A stretch of DNA of 64,000 bases. Origin: Phoronis australis (Eukaryota > Animalia > Phoronida). The notes below the pieces were generated by a model, which searched no databases, had not been told where the DNA came from, and was given only the letters and a program-made list of their open reading frames with translations. Positions 13,230 to 26,316 of the stretch are shown one piece after another; position 1 is the first letter of the stretch, and each line of letters begins with the position of its first letter. The stretch lies in the NCBI GenBank assembly GCA_002633005.1, contig NMRA01000033.1, positions 494,561 through 558,560 of the forward strand, read 5' to 3'. The position numbers and the translations under genes were made by a program.

Positions 13230-16200
13230 ATGGCTTTCGCACCATCGCAATCGTCACAGTCCGGCGTGGGCAGTTTGTTGGTCACGTTCAAGAACATCGA
13301 GGATAGATACGACATTGCGCACGATGTACCCGTGACGTTTACGCTGGGTGAGGACGTCAAAGCGTCAGAATGGGTAAGGCGTATAGCCGTTGACGAACGC
13401 ATTTGCTTAGCAGGCATGCACGTTCTGTTGAACATGCTTTCAGAAAATGAAATGCGCTGGTTTGTTAATTAGATTTCTCGGAAGCAATTCGAATGTTCAG
13501 CCCTAAAAATGAAAACGTTTTTTACGAATTTCTTCAAAACATTGATAAAAGTTTTCATGAGTGGGTAATTCTCACGAAGACTTGTTTATATTACTTGCAA
13601 AATACGTCCATTTTAGTGTTCGGTGAAAAGTAAAATGATCTTTTGCTTTTCGGTCTTGGTAAGCTTGGTCTACATGAAACACAGTAAAAATGGACGAAGT
13701 CTTGTAGGCCCATTGAAAACTTCAACAATGCCGATTCCTCTTTGCAGGACTGGATTGGTTTGATGAAGACGGACTGGACCGACACCAGGGATTACATAGC
13801 CTGGGAGTGGGCACCCTCGCAGCCACGTGACAGCAGATGCCCACGTGACAGAGCTGTGACATTTCCAGCTAAAAAACTCAAGGTCTGCATTTAAGCGGAG
13901 GAGTCCGTCGCGGTTCACTCACGTAAAATTGCCGATTTCACGATTCATGTTTTTATATGAGATACACGCATCCCGACACAAGGTTATCGCTCTCGACATT
14001 GCCATCAATTGTCCACAAGGACGCAACCAATTCTCACCCGGCCGTTTTCCATCACCTCTCGCCTCGATCCCTCATTCGCTTACTGTCACGGCAGCCCAAA
14101 AGTACAAAATAACGCTGACGATGGCCCTGAAATCACGGTTCACAGGTTTACGTTTACGCTCGGCAAAATGTCATTTACAAATCACGAAAAGCCCGTCATT
14201 ACCTCTTTACCTAAATCTGCATTTCCCCTTTATTTTTGAGTTCTTAACCAGGGCGCCTTGGGGCTTAAAAATATTACCACGCTGACCCGATCTTGAAATT
14301 CTGCCAAATGTGTGACTCAAGTCACACAATGCCAAGTACGAAATAGACCGTCGTTCCTCTGACTCATTAAAAGCTGTTTCCATCAATAAGAGAATTGCTT
14401 AACTTTTCAAGTCTACAACTGCACTGACGTAAGTGAAGAACAACCATCCACATTATCAATAAAGTCATGAAACCAACAGACATGTAAAATACTTGTTGAG
14501 AATAACATTGAAGAACAATTTATTGACATTGATTCGCAAAAACCATTAAACTAACAGACACTCAATACCTGCATTTGTTTCACAGAACCTCAACAGTCGC
14601 ACATGTCGTTACCAGTTTTTATACGCCATCGAGAATCGCACCGTTCTCGGCACCAGCAGAACATTTTCACTTTGTAACGACATCCGCCGAGACCTTCAAC
14701 ACGAGGTCACGGAAGCAGACACGACAAAAGATGACGAGACAGTGGAAGGTCCAGTGTCAGAGTCCAGTAAGTGGTATTTCAAACATTAGACTTTCTTCTA
14801 AGACGTGCCTTCTTACTTAAACGAGAAACTTTCAAGGCTATCTACGAGTGTGTTTCCTGAAAGTTACTTAAGGCGCTTCCACTTCGCAACTGCTGAATAA
14901 AGGTTTAGCCAAATTGAGTAGGCCTAATTATGAGTGCATCACAGTCTAAAATAATTTTAACACCAATTATCTCAGCAACTAGCAGTTATACGTATATTCT
15001 CAGAGGCTCTGCACTTTTGCTCAAATGAGATGAAATTATTTTTCAGAAATACTTGTGTGGAGCGTAAGACCAAATTTCAGACTAAGTCTTAATTCACTTT
15101 TCATGAAACTGACCCCAGGCTTCAAAATTATGTTAAGCGCTATGTAATGGGTTCCGATTCCTAAACAACAAATTAATAATAAGGCATGCAAAAAGAAATT
15201 GGCAATCCTCACTCTTTTCGTAGAAATGTCCAAGCGTTGTAAATGAATATAGCCGCTACATTATTTTCCTTTTGTCAAAACCCAAACTACCAAGAAAAGA
15301 ATAGATTTTGACATTATGTTTAAGGAGAGATTTGTTGCTTTTGTTAGTATTGTTGTTGTTGTTCTAACAAAAGCTTTTCCACTAGTGTCCCTGTTTCTTG
15401 AAACTCGGACTTACCCTTACAAAGCAAGCTCTAAAGAAAAACACCTTTCGTCCACTTTCAGAAACGCTGGAGACGTTGGGATTTACGACGAATGTCTATG
15501 AATTTCACGACAGTATGACACCATGTCCTCCAGTACCCAGGAAAAGAACATTCGATCCAGTAAGTTTGGTGAGAGATCCGTCGTTCCCAGTAACCTACTC
15601 TCGCCATGTTTGGGAAAACATCGTGAAGACTTACAAAAATAGCCAGGAAAAGGCAGTGGTCCCATACAAACCGATCTACACCATGGCACCTTCACAAAAT
15701 GTAAGTTGACAATAATAATGATGATCTCCATGATAGCAAGTAGCAGCACATTTTAACTCGATAAAAACAGCAACGGATTTAAACCGGCTTGACATGTTTC
15801 GGTGTCGTTTATTGAAACACCATCATCAGAAGAAAAGAAAAACACAGTGGCCACCTTGCCAGGCCCAACAACAAGTAATGAAACACAGACACAGTCAGTT
15901 GCAGGGAGTAACAATAAGCTAGACTAACAATGACATCATGTGGTGTGCCAGTTGCCTATTGAGACTGGACTTGCACCAAGTGATGTGTAGAGCCTCATGA
16001 CTTTTAAGCTCCTTTTTTGTTTCTGCTTGGTCTCTTATAGCAGTCATTGAAAAAGCATTGCTGATAACAATGATTGGAGCTCTGTAGATGAATATTAATA
16101 TGTGAACCTCCGTCAGAATTTAGATATTCCCTGGTCCGGGTTTTCAAATGGCGAACAGTTTCGCCTTTATAATTGGAGCCACATCCAGCACAGATTAATT

Positions 16201-18819
16201 TGTACACTACCCTAGACCGAAACATTTCAAGCCGGTTTAAATCCGTTGTTGTTTTATTAACAATGACGATCACGAAAAAAGTTGAAGCATAATAGATCTT
16301 ACTAGCACACCTTTCGCATGAACTGCATCTAAGAAAGTAGTTCCTCGCCCAATTTCTTTATTGCACACCTGTAATAAACAAATAAACAAATCTTTTTTTC
16401 GTACACAGAAAATATTAGCTGATCTGTAGTAACAAAAGTTATGTATTTTCTGTCCGTGCATAGAAATCACCAGACCAAGCTAACACGCAAATTTTGTCTG
16501 CATCCACGGTCACGACCTCACCGACACCAACAGCGAAAAATACACAGAAAAACGAAGCCATCCCTCTGCCATATCACAGCCAGTCTGCTATTGATGACAT
16601 CGTACAAGCTTTCAACAACGCCCGTGAAGCTTCGAGCAAGGCCAAGCAATGCAAGGAAGAGCTCGAAGTCCTTCGATTACTCGAAGAGTTACCATTCGCG
16701 CACGAATTTGAAGACGAAAACACGTCGTCAGTAGTAGAACCCAATTCAGAAAATGAAGCAACTGAGAAGTCAGAGCCCGTTTGGAAATGTATGAAGTTTG
16801 GACACATCGCGTCTGATACAAAGGGAGGCGTAAGAAGCAGCAGTTCTTATGGACCAGCAATCAAGTGTCGCCCGAAAAATGCACAAAAATCTAAGACGCA
16901 CACCACGTGCGCACGCTCTCAAGAGGCGCTGGAGAAGGAGCTCAAGGATCAACTGTCCGTCATCAGGAAGAGGGAAAGAGGCCTGGCACACGTGAAGAAG
17001 TCGTGTGTTGACTGCAAGCGCAGGCGTGCCTTGGATACGTCAGCAGATGAACAGTGCAAGATCCTTGTGAAAGAAATAGAGGACTTGCAGGAGGAAAGCA
17101 ACGGATTGGACGAGATTGTTAGCAATAAGGTATCGTATCTACATCAAATTGGGAAAATTTGTGCGAGTTCATTCGAAATTCACGTAGTGTCATTAACTGT
17201 ACTTGTAAGCTATGGTGATCTGCTCTTTAATTGCGTACATAGTTTGTTTTAAGAATTTCCTTGACTTGCCAGGCCTAAACAAAATTGCCAAAGTGTAAAG
17301 AACATCTTGAGACTACTAAAAGATTCATCCCAGAAAATGGTACTGTTGGTTTCATAGCAACAAATCTTTTCAAAAAGCAGTGAACAAGAAAATACATGTG
17401 GTAAAATCTGTATTGTGTTTTTTTTCAGAACAATGTTATCCATGAACTGTCCATTAGCTTAAAAAATCTTATCAAAGAAAACAGTGTTCTGACGTCAGAG
17501 GTAGAAGACTTACGACGCCAGCTACAAGTGACCAAACGGTCACGAAATTTGACGAGAGAATTGGAAAAGGTGAACCAATCGGTGAAGGCGTGTCGTATGA
17601 CTGACGAGATTAGTGACCTACATGTGGCTAAAATGATAATGATGGAAAAAAACGTGAGCAACTAAGCAATGACGCTTATTTACACATAAAAGTTCTAGTT
17701 TTAAGTGACCTTTGCTAAAACAAACACCACAGGAAACTGGGACATGTCTGACTCTGAAAATAAGTTCCCGCTCTTAGCGTATTCAGGTCACCAACCTTAG
17801 ATGCATCTTTGATCAAGTAAAGTCTATCACAGGAGGAACGAAAGCCGAAGTTCTGACTTAAATTTACATACTACGAAAAAGGTGACTATTGGCTAAAAGT
17901 TTCAAAAATAAGACATTACAAAAACCACAGTTGCGATAACTTTAAATCACCTTCCGAGATTTATTTTTATAAGCAGCATATGAAAGAAATAACTTAACAT
18001 AAGATCACAAGATAAGGATGAAAGTTGCTAGAAGATACAGAGGAGCTTTGTGATTCAGCCTTGTGCTGGTTAGTGGTACATAACACTTCCTATGACATGT
18101 TGTTTGTGTGCTTTCCTTATAGACGCAACAACAACAGGAAATACGACAGCTCACACAATCTAAAGAAGCAACTCAAAAACAATTGGACGACTTGCTGTAC
18201 ACCTTGTCCCTGAAGGGCTACAACACAATGGTGGATGCAAACAGTGAGTATAGATTCGGTGAACTGTAGTATCCGAACAAAAGATATATTCATGACTGTA
18301 GCTAATAGGAAACGTTTCCTCTTCCCTATAGGCAACGGTCCGGTTTGGTGGTCTTTGATCTTAAGAATCAATTTCATTATCCGAATAACGGACATAAGTC
18401 ATTGATTGCTGGGCTGTCAAAGTCGGGGACAGTAGAAAGAGACTTTTTCCTAAGTTTTTGTCACACGGCTTAGGCGGACGCTTTGGTGACCATGAGGTAG
18501 ATATAGAACACACAGCTTTTATAAAGCTGCATTCTGTCCTGTTTAGCTGGATAAATACGGAAATCAAATTAGACCATTTGTTCTCATAAAATCGGCCTCA
18601 TAACATTCTTTACCGTAAGAGGGTTCCGTTGCCGTTATCAGCTTGAGTGAGACAATAACACCATTTTCGAGTTCGAGGGTTGACCAACACCAATAATGTC
18701 TGAAGCGTTTTTTTAGTCACTGTTGGTTTCGATACTTTTGTTGGTCTACTTCTATTTGCGTTATTTAGTCAACTAAACAGGGTGAACTGCAGCTTTAAGC
18801 GCCTTTAACATGCTGCTCA

Positions 18820-18879
<60 letters not shown>

Positions 18880-21800
18880 GCACACGCACACAAACAAACA
18901 AAAGAAAACCTGCACACATCTAAAGAATTTTCGGTAATAATCACAAGAAAATACTGTACAATTCTTGTTCCTCTTTAGACAACACAGTCGATCTGCAAGG
19001 GCGACAGGGCAGGTCAGTACAACTACTCGGCTGGGACATCGTAACCACCAAGAGACCGTCGAAAATGAACGACAAGCTGATCACCCAGCTGCGCGTGCTC
19101 GAGGAGGACAATGATCGGTTGGCGGAAGAAAACGTCAGCTTGCGCGAGTGCAACTCGGAGCTGCAGCTACGCAACGACGAGTTCCGAAAGCAGATTGACC
19201 AACTGGCGCGGGACTGCGACGTGGAAAGGCAGAATCGAGACAACTATGCGTCTGAGCTGGAAAGGACGCAAGAGATCGTAGGCGACCTGAGGGAGGAGAA
19301 CCTCGAGCTGCAAAGTACACTCTGCGACACAGAGCGCAATATGGGCAAAGTGGCGGAGCAAGAAGAGCTGATTGAACAGTTGAGGAAGGAAATAGAGAGG
19401 CTAAAGGAGACATCACCCGGTCAAGACGGCAGTCCTATGAGCATTAGGCAGGAATTGGAGGTAACTACATTGAATGTTTGTCTATAGGCCAACACAGCAA
19501 AGCTATTGAACTATAAATTGTCGCTACAATGTGGGCGTTGCGGTATCTAAAAAGTTTAATCATTCAACAAATTGAAGTTGAGAAATCGGTTTACCCGTTT
19601 GGACAGCATTTACAATGTCTAGACCTTGCGTTGCAAAACTATCACTTGATGTTAAAATAAAAACAGCTCGTGACACTTAAGCAACACAATCACTTTCCAC
19701 CGCAGAAAGATGACTTTCGGATTTGTTCTCGTTGCAGGCCAATCCACCCGTAAATCGTGGCCTGTTTACGAGAATTTTTGACGAGATTCTTCCGAACATA
19801 AAATCAGCAATCACACAAAATCTCAGACGAATTACATAAGGACACTACGGGTAAATGCTCCTTTCTTTTGTAAAAAGGATGGAATAGTATAACCGAAACT
19901 TAATATAACACCAAAAAAAAAACGGACAATCGCCGCTCAACTGAAAAAGTATTACTCGACGTTTCGTCTATTCATTAGACATCATCAGGATACAAGCAAT
20001 CAGACATCAAGTGTCGACATACGAGTCATGTTACATACATGAAGTGAAATGAGTGCAACAACAATGACAGGAAATAGTGAACAGGTCATCACCATAGCTG
20101 TAGGGTCAATGAGCCCTGCATGTAATTCAGAGAACCAGCAGCATGCAGGTCCTGAATGGACAGTGATACTTTATTGTAAATTCCTTTATAGATTCTTTAC
20201 AAATTATACTGACTGAATTAGCTTTGTGATTGTTACAGACACAATGTCTATAGCCGTTGTTTTTGACACATTGTCTGTAGACGTTGCTTTTGTCTGAGGT
20301 GTAATCTGTCACAGCGGCGTTTCTGTGTGAATCAATATAGAATTCGAATTGATTACATTAAAGAGTCACTGACCATTCAGGACCAGCATGCTGCTGGTTC
20401 CCTGAATATAACCGACAGAGCTCGGTGAACTTACTGCTATGGTGATGACCCGTTTACCATTTTCTGTCATTGTTGTTGCACTCATTTCACTTCATGGGTG
20501 TAACCCGACTCGTATGTCGACACTTGTCTGATTGTTTGAATCCTGATGATGTCTAATGAATAGACAAAAGGTCGAATTAATATGAACTTTTTCATTTGTG
20601 CTATGATAGTCCGTTTTTTTTATTCTATTATGGCCAAAAATTGATGAAATTAATATAGCATACTCTAATTTCTACGAGTGCGAGAGTCATTTCGTAATTT
20701 GAGTCTGAGTGATGTTAACACAAAAATTACGATCAGTCAAACACATTCTAAATGCTGTCAAAAAAATTGAAATTACAGTTGTACTTTAAATTTTTACATT
20801 CTTTTTATGCCAGCTCCGGTATCATTTCTGTCATTTCACTACAACTTTCCATCTTTTTGTTACTAATTATTTGAAAATAATTTCCATTATCTCATTTGTA
20901 AATGTTTTGTTCTATTTATTTTTATTTGTAACACTTAACGTAAACCTTTGTTTACTACTTAGTTTTTCTTTAATTACTTTTGTATCTTGGACCAAGGGGG
21001 AAATGAGTTTTTAAATATTCTCGTGTTGTACTTGTCAGCATGGCTTTTAGTTGTCATCTCTGAGGCAACCTTGTAAATCTGTTACTCCACATATGTCTTA
21101 TTCACAGTATATCGCACATTCTCTGTGGACAATATAACTTCAGTCAACTAATCAACCAATCACTCTATCATGGGCTTTCATTGAAGGATGTCACAAAGAA
21201 ACTTCAGGAAAAGGCCACAAAACTCGACACAAAAACTCGCAAGTTAGTGGACAAGATGAAAAAGTTGAAACAGGCAAAGGCTGACCTCGCCCGCTCGGAG
21301 GCGCTGCTTCAGGATCTGACAGATAAAGAGCGCGCACTCACCAGGATACTGCTACGTGACCGCAAGCAGAAAGTTCACATGGCCAACCGTTTCCGCGAAC
21401 GCGAGGAGGAGTTGCAGACGCGCGTGAAGTGTCTAGAGCACATGATGGAAGCAAACCGACTCCTACAAAAGGTATCGTGGAACGGTAGTTTTAACTAGAC
21501 TTTCGTATTTTCCTCTAATTTCAAAGGATCTCAAAAGCACTAAAATACTCATCCATGGTATTCTCCAGTGCATTCTTAAAATAGATATTTCTTTTTTGAA
21601 TTTGCAGTCACGGCAGAGGTCTAGTTCAATACATCAATCAGCGGCTCACACTCCGTGGAACATCGTCAGTGAAGACCTTCATTCCACTGACAGCATGTCA
21701 TCCGCTCTAGCCTTGTTGGCCCTTTCCTATGCAGACACGCTGGAAGCTGAAAACGATAACTTCAGCGAGACACTGATGCCGCGCTTGACAGACCCACTGA

Positions 21801-22426
21801 AATTGCGAAGTCGTGTGACTACGCAGTCCATGTCCGCTCTGACAGACCTGAGTCTCCCATCACCAGATGCAAAGACCGAGAAGGTAGAGGTGAATGAATC
21901 CGATGTATTGGTGGAATTACAAACCGTGTTTTCCTCGGACTTGTTGAAATGGGGAGATAACGAACCTTTAGATTTGAGCACGCGTGCATCAAGTGTTCGA
22001 GAACCACAGAAAGACATGGACACTAACTGCGTCACGCAAAAACGCACATACAGCGAAGTAGTGAAAGGTTTCCGAACACATATGCCAAGCAATAGGTCTG
22101 AAGACGAAATATTCGAAACGGGGGTAGAACTCATAGGAGAAGAGCCGCTCAGTGCGTGGCCTGAACTCAAGAAGATCTACAACGTTGAAGAGGCGGCGAC
22201 ACTAAAGCCCATACAGGAGACCGAAGACCTGGACACCGGCAAATCTAGCTACATACCAAAACTGCCGGGTCCAATCCAAACCTTCCCCGCTTCCTGCTAC
22301 TGCTGTCCAGATTCGGTCACGGCTTTCCCACAGTCATGCCCGTACTGCCTGCTAGATTTCCCTAAGCACTTCGACGTCGCCACCGTCCAGAAACATATAC
22401 AGCGCCACGAGCGTCTGGGTTCTTAA
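13230..22426 (+). CDS. SKICH-domain, coiled-coil, C-terminal UBZ-type zinc-finger protein (TAX1BP1/CALCOCO family-like), ~1139 aa, 11 coding exons
   Basis: Phase-compatible exons 13230-13373, 13748-13882 (DWIGLMKTDWTDTRDYIAWEWAP), 14586-14766 (YQFLYAIENRTVLGTSRTFSL), 15462-15700, 16464-17129, 17429-17653, 18123-18243, 18979-19460, 19706-19749 (least certain), 21108-21471, 21608-22426. The first three exons give the SKICH signature, the middle exons are heptad-rich, and the C-terminus is CPYC-x12-QKHIQRH. Confidence 0.85.
14845..15120. mobile_element. Dispersed MITE family B, copy 1
   Basis: Shares AAAGGTTTAGCCAA, ATATTCTCAGA..TGCACTTTTGC and GTGGAGCGTAAGACCAAATTTCAGA with 24481-24722. Confidence 0.7.
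15755..16260 (-). mobile_element. Penelope-like element 3' relic: GIY-YIG endonuclease fragment, 3' region and inverted terminal duplication
   Basis: Minus frame VVYKLICAGCGSNYKGETVRHLKTRTREY is PLE GIY-YIG-like. 16216-16260 is an inverted copy of 15758-15803 (ACCGAAACAT.TCAAGCCGGTTTAAATCCGTTG), a typical PLE structure. Confidence 0.85.
15788..15832 (-). ncRNA. Minimal type I hammerhead ribozyme (PLE-associated)
   Basis: Minus strand CTT-CTGATGA-T-GGTGT(loop)ACACC-GAAAC-AT-GTC-AAG: intact core, 5-bp stem II, palindromic ACATGT stem III, and CTT/AAG stem I. Confidence 0.8.
18821..18892. repeat. (CA)n microsatellite
   Basis: Long CA dinucleotide run ending in CGCA variants. Confidence 0.97.
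19913..20621. mobile_element. Inverted-repeat element (~270-bp arms) with hammerhead motifs at both outer ends; probable non-autonomous PLE derivative
   Basis: 19913-20185 is the reverse complement of ~20341-20621, e.g. CATGAAGTGAAATGAGTGCAACAACAATGACAG vs CTGTCATTGTTGTTGCACTCATTTCACTTCATG. Confidence 0.85.
19953..19993 (-). ncRNA. Minimal hammerhead ribozyme motif
   Basis: Minus strand TC-CTGATGA-T-GTCTA(ATGAA)TAGAC-GAAAC-GTC-GA: intact core, 5-bp stem II, palindromic ACGT stem III, but only a 2-bp stem I. Confidence 0.7.
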
Positions 22427-24480
22427 TGACCCCCGATAGAAGTGAACACATAAAAATACGGAATTTTACACGACGGACACAATGTAACCTCGTTACTGTA
22501 GCAGATACTGGCAATGTCCAGACGCTCGAAGGAGCTTAACCAACGTCCTCGTTCATGAGCGATATCATTTAGACGGTTCGACGTCTCCTATATTTTCATC
22601 AGTGACCACCATCTTTGGCAATGGCCAAACATTACCTAACCGCGCCAGAACTATTGTCCTGCAAAAGTGAATCTGCACTGGTCCTGACTGTGCTAACTGC
22701 TGTCTAGAAAACTATGAAAGTCTTACGAAAGCATTTCCGATTAAAAAAATGTACGAGCTGCTGTCGAGAAATGACGCATCTGCTTGACATGCGGGCCGGT
22801 AGATTAGATACCAATGGCACGAGCGGTTTATGCCATCCTGTAGTATAAAGAATTGGGAGTTTGACAAAGTATGCCTGAGAATGAATGAAGTTGACATGAC
22901 AGAGCACACGCTAGATTTTTTGAGGATGTCAATTTTCCCTGCACTATGACGTTTCGAGCGACTGCGGAATTTTAGATGGATTGTTGAAGTGCTGTCACGG
23001 CGAGCGGCGGTTGCGCACGCAGTTTGGGCTCTATTCACCGGTCAACACCACCGGCGCCTTTTCCAGGTCACCATAGTCCGGCTATGTCCGACTGAACGAA
23101 CTTAGGGGTAAGGGACAGTCTGTCTATGTGCCGACTAACAACAAAGGGACCATACTACTGGCTATGCCCAGTCTACATCAACGGGTTTGGTAGGGAATTC
23201 AAGGCTACGCAATCCCTGGGGTCTTTTTCATTTTTTCAACTTATCGCTGTTTCCATTTTCAACACGGGGCATGTTAAAACGCCGACAGAAAGGAGTGCCA
23301 GTTACGGAAGAGCCTGTTGTAGACACAATTCCATCTAACAGCGTGCATATAATCAAGCTTGTAGCCTATGTGCCATCACAAATATTGTGGCCCGTTAAAT
23401 AGTTCTGCGTAAAGAACCTTTCTTAACTCCATTCAGCAAACATAGACACCCGAAAGAATAACACAAAACATTTTTTGTAAAACCTGTGCAACCGCTAGTG
23501 GGTTTATGCTTTAGTTCAGCAGACGACCCGACTCGGAACCAGAGGTGTCAATAAAGACACGAGGTCAACATGACGTGATGTACACGCTTACACAGGGACA
23601 CACCGTCAGCCTTGTTATTGCCAGTGAGAATTGGTCTTGGCACAGAAGAATGTACAAGAGAATGCAAGAAGCACATGAGACGAGCGTGAATGTGTTGGTG
23701 ATCTGAGTAATTTTGGAGACTTAGACATTGCTAGGTAACGTTTCAGCTAGCCCAGCATAGACAATGGAAACAGCTAAGTAACTGAAATTGAAGAAAAATA
23801 AAAATTGCAAAAAGGCACTGACTATTTTATATTAAATAAATGCACAGATACAACCTACATCAGATTAATATTAACACTTGAATTTATATTTAACAAGCAT
23901 ATAACAGATACAACAGCAATAACACTAGTATCTACAGAAATTCCAAAACATACGTGGGCAGAACAATCAAGGACAGCGATGTTAACAGGTGTGATATAGA
24001 AGTGTAATCACATTTGAGAAATAAATTATACCTAAACAATTAGAAAAGTTAAAATAGAGTCACAGGTTCAATTCATGCATGAAGTGATACCCAAAATTCC
24101 CTTCCCATGGATTCATGTTTTACTACTGGAAGGTATTGCAAGTAGCTTATCCTGTTCAATCCGCCATCTTTTTGATCAAATCACGTGACCTACTGGAAGG
24201 TAGCAAGATGTAATTTTACCCAGTATTGTCTTTAAGGCTACCCACTAGTCACTAAAATACAGATTGCCAGTCTTATGCAAAAGCTCAGCGCAATTTCTGC
24301 AGCTTTTCTAATGACCTCATAAAGAGATTATGAACTGCTAACAACTGCGACAATTTTGACAACAAACACCCCATGTACCATAAGGCACAATGTCATTACA
24401 GCCACCGATCCGGTTCACGACCAGATGGTGTATCATGACAAAAGATGGCCACACGTGACACTTGACATCCCTCATACATA

Positions 24481-24722
24481 AGAGCCTGTTTCATGAGAGA
24501 GACTTGACACTTGAGACATTAATTTGGTCCGATGCTCCATTGTTGAAAAAGGTTTAGCCAAGCAATTATGAGCACATTATAGAAATTATCTCTGACAGTA
24601 AAAAGCAGGTATGTGCATATTCTCAGACTTTGCACTTTTGCACAGTGAGATTGAATTGTTGATTTGTGGAGCGTAAGACCAAATTTCAGATTTAAGTCGC
24701 TTTTCAGTAAAGCAGCCTTCAG
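24481..24722. mobile_element. Dispersed MITE family B, copy 2
   Basis: Homologous to 14845-15120; begins with GAGCCTGTTTCATGA, a Harbinger-like terminus. Confidence 0.7.
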
Positions 24723-24799
24723 CGGCTGGACTGGAGATACAGACACCCTGGCGCTCCCTGTGTCCAGTGCCAGCATAACATTCAGAACACACCAACATT

Positions 24800-24997
24800 G
24801 TTGAGACAAAATGACCTGAAGTTACCCGTCATGGTGGCTGGGTCGTCACTCATGACCGGTAATGAAGGTGAATTAACAGGAAAGTTAGCATAATAGTCAT
24901 TCTGTAATAAGAATTGTGTCTCCATCACAACTCTTATCACTTGTTTTTGCCGTTAACAGAATTGGCCGTCATGACGGGAAATGTCATTTTGTCCGTT
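24800..24997. mobile_element. Dispersed MITE family C, copy 1
   Basis: Ends CAAAATGAC..CCCGTCATG and CATGACGGGAAATGTCATTTTG; inverted homologue at ~34612-34832. Confidence 0.6.
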
Positions 24998-26316
24998 TAT
25001 TTTAGTCTTACTGTGACACCTGATGTCTACACTTACAAGTAAAAATGGAGAACGACATTTGGTGAAATTAAATAACGGATAACAACGAAGATGATGAATA
25101 AGGATGACAAAAGTGATAGTAAGAAAAAACATGTGCACTGAAACTTGGCGAAATTTAATGATACATGATAACCATCATGATGATGGTGAATGACCAAAAT
25201 AATGACAAAAATGAAAGAAACAACCATGTACAGTAGATGGTATACCAACAAAAGTGATGCGAAGAATCAGTCAATAAAAGCGCAAACGTCAGTTAATCTC
25301 GAGAAACTGGAGAATGGTGGGTAGTAGCGAAAAGCAGATGGTGTGCCTACATACTAAATTTCAGAATGATCCTTCAAATGATAACAAAGCTATGGCTCAA
25401 AAAGTGACCGCTGCTAATTTCAACCCAAAACAATAGGCCTCAAGCTAAGGAGGAGACGTGTTGTGGAAAAATTTCATGTCGGTTGGAAAAGATATGCAAC
25501 GTGTAGAGTGCGAGCAAAGTTCAAGTTAATAGAACAAAAATATGGTATGTGAGGCAACCAACGTACTTGAGTTGATTCTCAGCCATCAGGACCACACACA
25601 CATCTTGTAGATCTTAAGATCTAGTCAAATATTTAATTTCAAAAAAGCCCGTTACAGGACACTGCAGCTATGGCATGAAAAATTGACCAATAAAAGAGCA
25701 GTCACCAGAAAATCTCAAATAAGCCTGAAACTATCATTGCAAGATATGAATAACATACTTCAGATAGCATTTGACAAGATGTATCAACATACCAACATTC
25801 ACAGAGATCTCATGAAGCAAAAATTCGAAAAATGGCGTCACAGCGACATCTTGCGTCTAATTCAACCCCAAAAGAATAAGCCACGGGCTTTTCACAACAT
25901 ATATATTGTGGGTATATTTTATTTCGACGGAATGAAAAATGTAACCTGTAGAGAGGTTACAAACTAACAAACAAAAAACAAACTTCATGACAGAGCGACA
26001 TAGTTTGCAAAATTTTATTTGGCCAATTAACCCTCATGTGATGCTTCATCACAACAACAATGATGAGCCATGAGAACTCTTCACAGTTTATATTATATAG
26101 TTCCAATAGTTGTAATCTCTGACATCTCTATTTGAAAAACTAAAGCGGTTAAAATAACTTTTTGCGTCTATGAGTAGACTTTTGAATTTTCAGTAACAAG
26201 AGACCCAACAAGGAATGTCAAGATCACATGGAGAATAGTTCTCAGTCTCCGTACCACATCAAGGTACACACTGAAGTATGGGGCTCGGCGTGCATCTTCA
26301 AGCAGAGTGCTGCCAC

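Noticed and set aside
19738-19850. Alternative exon 9 of the SKICH gene with correct phases but an in-frame TAA (possible nonsense allele or poison exon)
   Set aside because: Exon 19706-19749 gives the same phases without a stop, so no pseudogenisation needs to be invoked; RNA data are needed to exclude it fully.
16574-22170. Minus-strand ORFs overlapping the SKICH-gene exons (e.g. 16574-16807, 18941-19243, 21727-22170)
   Set aside because: Antisense shadows of coding exons with no independent motif support.
22572-22605. CTGATGA...GAAC-CGTC motif in the SKICH gene 3' region
   Set aside because: No base-paired stem II and the core is incomplete.
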